From assembly GCA_021825445.1 (NCBI GenBank), contig JAKAHA010000005.1, forward strand, positions 21,316 to 85,315: a DNA stretch of 64,000 nt. The letters are read 5' to 3'. The position numbers and the translations under genes were made by a program. Source of the DNA: a bacterium. Its GTDB lineage: Bacteria > Patescibacteriota > Microgenomatia > UBA1406 > GWC2-37-13. Below the pieces are notes generated by a model, which was not told where the DNA came from, made no database searches, and saw only the letters and a program-made list of their open reading frames with translations. Shown piece after piece: positions 58,796-64,000 of the stretch. The first letter of the stretch is position 1. Every line of letters starts with the position of its first letter.

Positions 58796-58817
58796 AGACA
58801 CATTATACTTCTATTCG

Positions 58818-59744
58818 TCATTTATTTTTATAGTTTTCGAAAAATTTAATTATATTATCATAAGAAAAACTCCCGGCACGAAAGCGAGATAGATAAAATA
58901 AATTATTACCAGATTGCCAAATCCCAGGAATCACAGACACGGCTGCAGTATAACCTGCAGATCTTACAGTATCGAGACTGTATTGATCAAAGGCACCAAA
59001 AGGATATGCAAATGTTTCTATTTTTATATTAAATTTATTTTCTAGTATTTTTTTACTATCAATTATTTGTTTTGTTGCAATTGATTTTGGCGATTTTTTT
59101 AAATAAAAATGATCAAGAGTATGAGAGCCAATTTCAACCAAATTGCTATCTATAATTTCCTTAATTTCTTTTTCATTCAAAAATCCTTTACGACCAATAA
59201 AATCATCAACTATATAAACCGTTGCCTTAACTTTATACTTTTTAAGTAGAGGAAAAACATCGGTATAAAAATCTTCATAACCATCATCAAAAGTCAAAAC
59301 AGCACTTCTTGAAGAATACGGAGTGTCGCCGGAAAGAATTTTAGGGACTTCCTTAACAAAGATAGTTTTATACTGGTTATCATTTAACATTTTTAATTCT
59401 TTTTCAAAAACAGATGGAATAATATCTAAGCTTTTTCTGATCGTGTCTCCTTGATCTTTTACATACTCAACGTAGTGGTACATGACAATCGGAATACGAT
59501 AGCTTTTTTTTTCTACTGTTGAATACATTCTATTTAATGTTTGTAGATTTTTGGGTTTTTCAAATACAGCCTTTTCATAATATTGTGAAATCAGTTCTTT
59601 TTCGGAAACGATTTTTTTAGTGTTTTTGTGAAATGATGGTTTTGAAGTAAAGACGGTAAATATTATTGCGAAAACAAATCCAAAAAATATTCCTAAAAAA
59701 ATTTTCTCCAAATATTTTTTGTTTTTTAAACCTAAACTAACCAT
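58818..59744 (-). CDS. Polysaccharide deacetylase (CE4/NodB)
   Basis: IPIVMYH, LTFDDGY, EIGSHTLDH, FAYPFG; N-terminal TM. Confidence 0.9.
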   Translation of the reverse strand: MVSLGLKNKKYLEKIFLGIFFGFVFAIIFTVFTSKPSFHKNTKKIVSEKELISQYYEKAVFEKPKNLQTLNRMYSTVEKKSYRIPIVMYHYVEYVKDQGDTIRKSLDIIPSVFEKELKMLNDNQYKTIFVKEVPKILSGDTPYSSRSAVLTFDDGYEDFYTDVFPLLKKYKVKATVYIVDDFIGRKGFLNEKEIKEIIDSNLVEIGSHTLDHFYLKKSPKSIATKQIIDSKKILENKFNIKIETFAYPFGAFDQYSLDTVRSAGYTAAVSVIPGIWQSGNNLFYLSRFRAGSFSYDNIIKFFENYKNK

Positions 59745-61024
59745 TCTTTGATTGTATCAAATATGAGACACAACATACCCAACCCGAAAAGAGTAATTGT
59801 TTGAAGGGAAATATTTTTATTTGTTTCGGTTGTTTCAACACCGAGTATTTGTTCGGATATTGATGTGGGTGTTGGTATTTTTGTAGGGGTCGGGTTTTCC
59901 GATCCTCTTGTAAAGATAATTGTTGGTGTTGGTGATGGTGTCAATGTGGGAATTGATGTTGGTTGTGGTGTTGCGGTTGGTATCGGGGTGCTAGTCGGTG
60001 TTGCCGTCGGTGTGTTTGTAGGGGTCGGGTTTCCCGACCCTGTTGTTGGCGTTGGCGTAATGATGGTTGGATCAAATATTTTTAAAATCCATGATTTTCC
60101 GGAGAGAGCAATTATAGCCTGAGCAGTTGTTGTTGAATTTGAAACAAATTTGTTTGAACCATAATCAAAAGCCAAAAATCCGCCGTCATCTTTTGATTGT
60201 TGGGAAATAAGCCAATTTTTAGTATTTGCAGATGCAGTAGAATCTTTCATATCAAGAACGTTAAAAGCCATGAGGACCCAACCTGTCGAATCAGAGTCAC
60301 TTGAACCATAATATCCGAATCCTCCATCGCCATTTTGATTAGCAAGCAAATAGTTTTTTGCACGATTAATTGCATTATCTAGTCCCGAATCAGTTAAGTC
60401 ATTATTTTTTGCCGAAACCAACGCTTGAATAGCAGCTCCAGTCATATCGGCGGAAGTTGAATACCAAGCACAACCCGGGGCAGAATATCCAAAACCCCCA
60501 TCAATAGAATCCTGTTTTGAAATAAGATAACTCAAGATACTTTGTTTTATTTGAGAATTTGAAGTAGATCCTGCGGAAATTTCGGCAAGTAATCCAAAGA
60601 TATCATCATTTAAGGAACACTCATCTCCAATTTGATTATTTTTATATAAATTTTCAAGATTGGTGACATAATTTGTTCCTTTGTAATTGGTTGGATCGCC
60701 GTTTGTTGCAACAATTGCTAAAATTCTTGTTTCCCAATCGGTTGCTGCAGACGACGAACTTGGGACATTGTCAGTTAAAAAATCCTGGAGTGAAATCAAT
60801 GGATTTTTAATTGTAGAAATATCAATTCCATTTGCAGCAAAAGCGATTGATGACCATTGAGATGGAGCAGAAAAACCATTTGTGATTCTACCTGTTGAGT
60901 CTTGTTTGGATTTTAAATAATTTAGTCCGTTATCTATGATAGAATCAGCGGAAATAGTTTTGGAAACAAAAAAACATAAAAATAAGACTAAAAATATTTG
61001 AAAAATAATTTTTTTGCTCTTCAT
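59732..61024 (-). CDS. Secreted prenyltransferase/squalene-cyclase-repeat (alpha/alpha barrel) protein with PT linker and C-terminal anchor
   Basis: Repeats YLKSKQDSTG, YLISKQD..GGFGY, YLLANQNGDGGFG, WLISQQ..DGGF; D.TGAAIQAL, TTAQAIIAL. Confidence 0.85.
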   Translation of the reverse strand: MKSKKIIFQIFLVLFLCFFVSKTISADSIIDNGLNYLKSKQDSTGRITNGFSAPSQWSSIAFAANGIDISTIKNPLISLQDFLTDNVPSSSSAATDWETRILAIVATNGDPTNYKGTNYVTNLENLYKNNQIGDECSLNDDIFGLLAEISAGSTSNSQIKQSILSYLISKQDSIDGGFGYSAPGCAWYSTSADMTGAAIQALVSAKNNDLTDSGLDNAINRAKNYLLANQNGDGGFGYYGSSDSDSTGWVLMAFNVLDMKDSTASANTKNWLISQQSKDDGGFLAFDYGSNKFVSNSTTTAQAIIALSGKSWILKIFDPTIITPTPTTGSGNPTPTNTPTATPTSTPIPTATPQPTSIPTLTPSPTPTIIFTRGSENPTPTKIPTPTSISEQILGVETTETNKNISLQTITLFGLGMLCLIFDTIKEWLV

Positions 61025-61049
61025 AATAATTTATTTAATTTTTTGATTG

Positions 61050-61637
61050 TCAATTTCCTATATATTCCCAAACAATATTGTCTCCATTATTTGCCTTTAT
61101 ATAGCTACAACCTTGGCTGGGGGATTGACCGTTGACTTTGAAAGTCCACCAGACAGTGTTTTCTTTTCCGATTCCGTTTATTTGGTAAACAGCGTTAGTT
61201 CCCAAATCGTTATTAAATCTCATGTTTAAACTTTGTATCTTTCCTTGCGAGAGGGCATGAGTCAAAACATCACACTGATTTGAATCTTGGGGAATTCCAA
61301 AAGAACCAACTAAAGAGCCGTTGATATTTAATGAAACAGCAAGTCCTTGTTCCTCCTTGGTTGAAGTTTCGGCAGGCGGTGGGGTGTTGGTTGGTTGTGG
61401 AGCTGGTGTGTTTGTAGGTTCTATAGAATAATTTGTGATTGTGGGAGATAAATAGGGTGTAGTGCGTAGTACGTAATGCGTAGGAGATACGCTAACTTTT
61501 GATGAAATATGTTTTTTTGCAACAGATTTATTTTTAACAAGCCTTTTTGATGTTATTTTATTTGAATTATAAAAAGAAGCTCCCGCAAGAAGAAAAAAAA
61601 CTATTGCCAGAATTTTAAAAATATTTCTTTTAAACAT
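61050..61637 (-). CDS. DUF4430 (transcobalamin C-terminal-like) domain protein
   Basis: N-terminal TM/signal; C-terminal VYQINGI...WWTFKVNG....G......GDNIVWEY. Confidence 0.82.
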   Translation of the reverse strand: MFKRNIFKILAIVFFLLAGASFYNSNKITSKRLVKNKSVAKKHISSKVSVSPTHYVLRTTPYLSPTITNYSIEPTNTPAPQPTNTPPPAETSTKEEQGLAVSLNINGSLVGSFGIPQDSNQCDVLTHALSQGKIQSLNMRFNNDLGTNAVYQINGIGKENTVWWTFKVNGQSPSQGCSYIKANNGDNIVWEYIGN

Positions 61638-61644
61638 AACCTTA

Positions 61645-61766
61645 GACTTTTCGCTCGAAAGTCAAAACTCGGTAAAAACAAAGGTAAGTTTTCTGGCTGT
61701 AACAGTTACGGCATAGCCACGGACTTGTCACCGTGATTTCCTTTTAAGACTTGCGTCCCCTTTGTC
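61645..61766 (-). promoter_or_regulatory. Cobalamin riboswitch (short variant) with downstream hairpin
   Basis: Minus strand ACAAAGG..GAC-GCAA-GTC-TTAAAAGGAAAT-CACGG-TGACAAGT-CCGTG-GCTATGCCGTAACTGTTAC-AGCCAGA-AAACTTA-CCTTTGT; then hairpin GACTTT-CGAGCGA-AAAGTC just before AAGG-TT-ATG. Confidence 0.82.
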
Positions 61767-61782
61767 AAACAATACGTTTCCA

Positions 61783-61812
61783 ACTATACACCTATCAATA
61801 ATATTTTGTCAA
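61783..61812 (-). promoter_or_regulatory. sigma70 promoter upstream of the riboswitch
   Basis: Minus strand TTGACA-18 bp-TATAGT. Confidence 0.6.
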
Positions 61813-61839
61813 TGAGAAAAAAATTGATAAAATATAACC

Positions 61840-63081
61840 ATGATTAAAAACAATATTATCTATAACAGCTTTTCGGATTATCAATTTGAAATTTCCAAAG
61901 CACAGGATAGTTATATTTGGGACGAAAAAGGGAATAAATTAATTGATTTTACTTCCGGATGGAACGTTGTTAATTTAGGCTGGAATAATAAAGAGGTAAA
62001 TGAGGCAATTGTTAGGCAAGCTAAAAAAAATGTTTACACATCAATGTGGCTTGCCGATCCGATTCAAGAAGAATATGCCAAGAAACTTACAGCGTCTCTA
62101 CCAAAATCATTAAATACTGTAACGAGAGAAGTTAGTGGAGTTACGGCAAATATAATGGCGATAAAAACCGCAAGAGCCTTTACGGGTAAAAGAAAAATTT
62201 TATCCTTTCGAGATACTTTTCACGGGTCACTTTATCAGACTCTTCAGCTTGGCTATTCTCCAGAATATCCAATATCAAAAGCAATATTTTTAGACTTTAA
62301 AGATAATATTCAATTAAAATATCCGCGAGTCAATTTTGAAGATAAAAATGAAAAGGAAATATTGTCTAATTTTTTGCGTGAATTTGAAAAAATATTAAAG
62401 ACTGAAAAAGAAATAGGTGCGTTTATAACAGAGTCAGGAATAATTACCGGTTGGGGTTCAACATTTATTGCACCACGTAGTTATTTAACTAAGGTTAGAG
62501 AATTGACAAATAAATACGGAGTTTTACTAATCCTTGACGAAGTTGGCACAGGATTTTCTCGAACAGGAAAACTTTACGGTATGAATCATGAAAATGTAGT
62601 TCCTGATATTGTGACTTTTGCCAAGGGCATTGGAAACGGAGCAACGATCGCCGCAACTGTGACTACTCAAGAAATTGCAGAAAAAACATTTTCGAAATCA
62701 AATCCTCAGTCCACTTTTGGCTGGAGTCCTTTAAATGTTGCCGGAGCACTTAAAACTCTCGAAATTCACTTGCGAGATAATGTTTGGGAAAAAGCCGAAA
62801 AGGACGGAAATTATATTATGAAAACTTTAAGAGAAGAATTGAAGGACGTTTCTTATGTAGAAGATATTAATGGCTTAGGAATGGAAATCGGAGTAAGACT
62901 TGCCAATGGTTTGAAAAACTTTAATATGGTTCGTTTTATTGAAAAAGCCAGAAGTAATGGATTACATTTAGCTAATGCCGATAGCTATAGTTTCCAACTC
63001 ATGCCACCCCTAACAATTGAAAGAAAAGTTTTGGACAATGGTCTTGAAATATTTATTAAAGAAATAAAATCATTTTTTTAA
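61840..63081 (+). CDS. Class III PLP aminotransferase (ArgD/GabT-like)
   Basis: YIWD..G...IDFTSG, FHG, LILDEVGTGFSRTG, PDIVTFAKG, STFG, PPL. Confidence 0.9.
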   Translation: MIKNNIIYNSFSDYQFEISKAQDSYIWDEKGNKLIDFTSGWNVVNLGWNNKEVNEAIVRQAKKNVYTSMWLADPIQEEYAKKLTASLPKSLNTVTREVSGVTANIMAIKTARAFTGKRKILSFRDTFHGSLYQTLQLGYSPEYPISKAIFLDFKDNIQLKYPRVNFEDKNEKEILSNFLREFEKILKTEKEIGAFITESGIITGWGSTFIAPRSYLTKVRELTNKYGVLLILDEVGTGFSRTGKLYGMNHENVVPDIVTFAKGIGNGATIAATVTTQEIAEKTFSKSNPQSTFGWSPLNVAGALKTLEIHLRDNVWEKAEKDGNYIMKTLREELKDVSYVEDINGLGMEIGVRLANGLKNFNMVRFIEKARSNGLHLANADSYSFQLMPPLTIERKVLDNGLEIFIKEIKSFF

Positions 63082-63095
63082 CCGTGACTTCTGTT

Positions 63096-63665
63096 TTATA
63101 TAGATAAAACATTTTTTAGGTTGTTTCTATCTGTTGCCCAGTTCGTTTGATTATCTTTAATATATTCTTGAACATAATGAAATGATTTTTTGGTACGGAT
63201 GATATTGTCATAAAATCCTGGTTGCCACCCAAAAGTTGCATTGGTTTTATGAATCATTTTAGTGCAGATTGATTTATATGATCCAACAATTGATGAAATT
63301 GTATGTTTTCCCTGGTTTTGAAATCGATTTATTTTTATGTTTGTATCCGCTGTAGAGAAAAGGCAATGCCTTTTCTCTACGTAGGAAACGACATTGTTGA
63401 TAATCAAAATTCCATGAACGTGATTTGGCATTATTTGAAATTCATCTAATTCTACAAAGGAAAAATGTTTTGGAATTTCAAACCAATATTTATGTACAAT
63501 TTTTCCAATTTCTGACAAATTCATTTTATTATCGACGATTTCACCAAAATAATGTCTACGTTCCTGTGTGCAAATCGTAATAAAATAATACCCATTTCTA
63601 GAATAATCCCAACATGGTAATCGTGTCGATGGAATTCTATATTGATTTTTAAATTTATCTGACAT
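63096..63665 (-). mobile_element. REP-associated tyrosine transposase (RAYT, HUH Y1 family)
   Basis: RL..WDYS..GYYFITICT, IMPNHVHGIL (HUH), WQ..FYDNIIR, YI..N; REP palindromes inside and directly upstream. Confidence 0.9.
63352..63380. repeat. GTAG-REP inside the RAYT gene
   Basis: GTAGAGAAAAGGCA-A-TGCCTTTTCTCTAC, encoding VEKRHCLFST. Confidence 0.9.
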
Positions 63666-63676
63666 ATTTGTATTTT

Positions 63677-63704
63677 TAGAGAAAAGGCAATGTCTTTTCT
63701 CTAC
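63677..63704. repeat. GTAG-REP upstream of RAYT
   Basis: TAGAGAAAAGGCAATGTCTTTTCTCTAC. Confidence 0.88.
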
Positions 63705-63845
63705 ATTAATACATTAAAAATGTAAATATATAAAAACAAAATGTCCACAGCTTATAACCTACAAAAGTAAGTTTTTAGATTATTACAATAACAAAAAAAT
63801 CACGATATACCCTTTATTACTCTAGCTTTTATAATGGACCTAAAA

Positions 63846-63998
63846 TCATGAAAAAAAGAGATTAATTCTCACTTTTTCACGACTTTGACTGCTTATATCG
63901 TTAATTTGATCAATTTGAATATTTAGAGAAAAAGGGATTTGGAAGATTGGAAAAGTTTGATTAAAAGCGAAACTACTTCCTGGCAAAGAAAAGAAATA
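63846..63998 (-). CDS. Possible 3' end of a gene entering from the right edge
   Basis: Open minus frame ...YFFSLPGSSFAFNQTFP...RINLFFS*; no homology recognised. Confidence 0.25.
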   Translation of the reverse strand, partial: YFFSLPGSSFAFNQTFPIFQIPFSLNIQIDQINDISSQSREKVRINLFFS

Positions 63999-64000
63999 TT

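Noticed and set aside
59860..60062. Repetitive GGT/GTT tract and its antisense ORF (59865-60122)
   Set aside because: Triplet-periodic coding sequence for a Pro/Thr linker. The same applies near 10440-10500 and 15990-16030.
63096..63665. IS200/IS605 insertion sequence with TnpB
   Set aside because: No tnpB is adjacent, and the motifs and REPs fit a RAYT.
1..64000. CRISPR array
   Set aside because: No run of equal-length direct repeats with unique spacers. The repeats are dispersed palindromes or short tandem arrays, and there are no cas1/cas2 genes.
1..64000. Alternative genetic code (TGA read as Gly or Trp)
   Set aside because: Long conserved genes are intact under code 11, and TGA ends genes at expected positions (e.g. 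ATGA overlaps at ftsE/ftsX).

Overview
AT-rich, densely packed bacterial chromosome segment using genetic code 11. Gene style and content suggest a Patescibacteria/CPR (Microgenomates-like) genome; this taxonomy is inference. From left to right it holds rpoC (partial) and rpoB, surface proteins, ftsEX with a C39-like hydrolase, prfB, dnaG-rpoD, a ~29 kb cell-surface glycosylation region with about ten GT-C-fold enzymes, a MacAB-type ABC exporter, mutM, uppP and four tRNAs, including a rare tRNA-Ile(UAU). The right end has archaeal-type PEP carboxylase, an ADP-dependent sugar kinase, a VKOR-dihydroorotate dehydrogenase fusion, a cobalamin-riboswitch-controlled pair resembling a split transcobalamin, and a RAYT tyrosine transposase. 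The most notable observations are: (1) the B12 riboswitch with DUF4430 and alpha/alpha-barrel genes; (2) the VKOR-PyrD fusion with a Cys base; (3) a GIY-YIG gene between a pseudo-tRNA and tRNA-Gly; (4) several families of short palindromes and tandem repeats sitting inside intact protein-coding genes. All calls come from reading motifs by eye, with no database searches. Several start codons were moved downstream of the ORF-track start.
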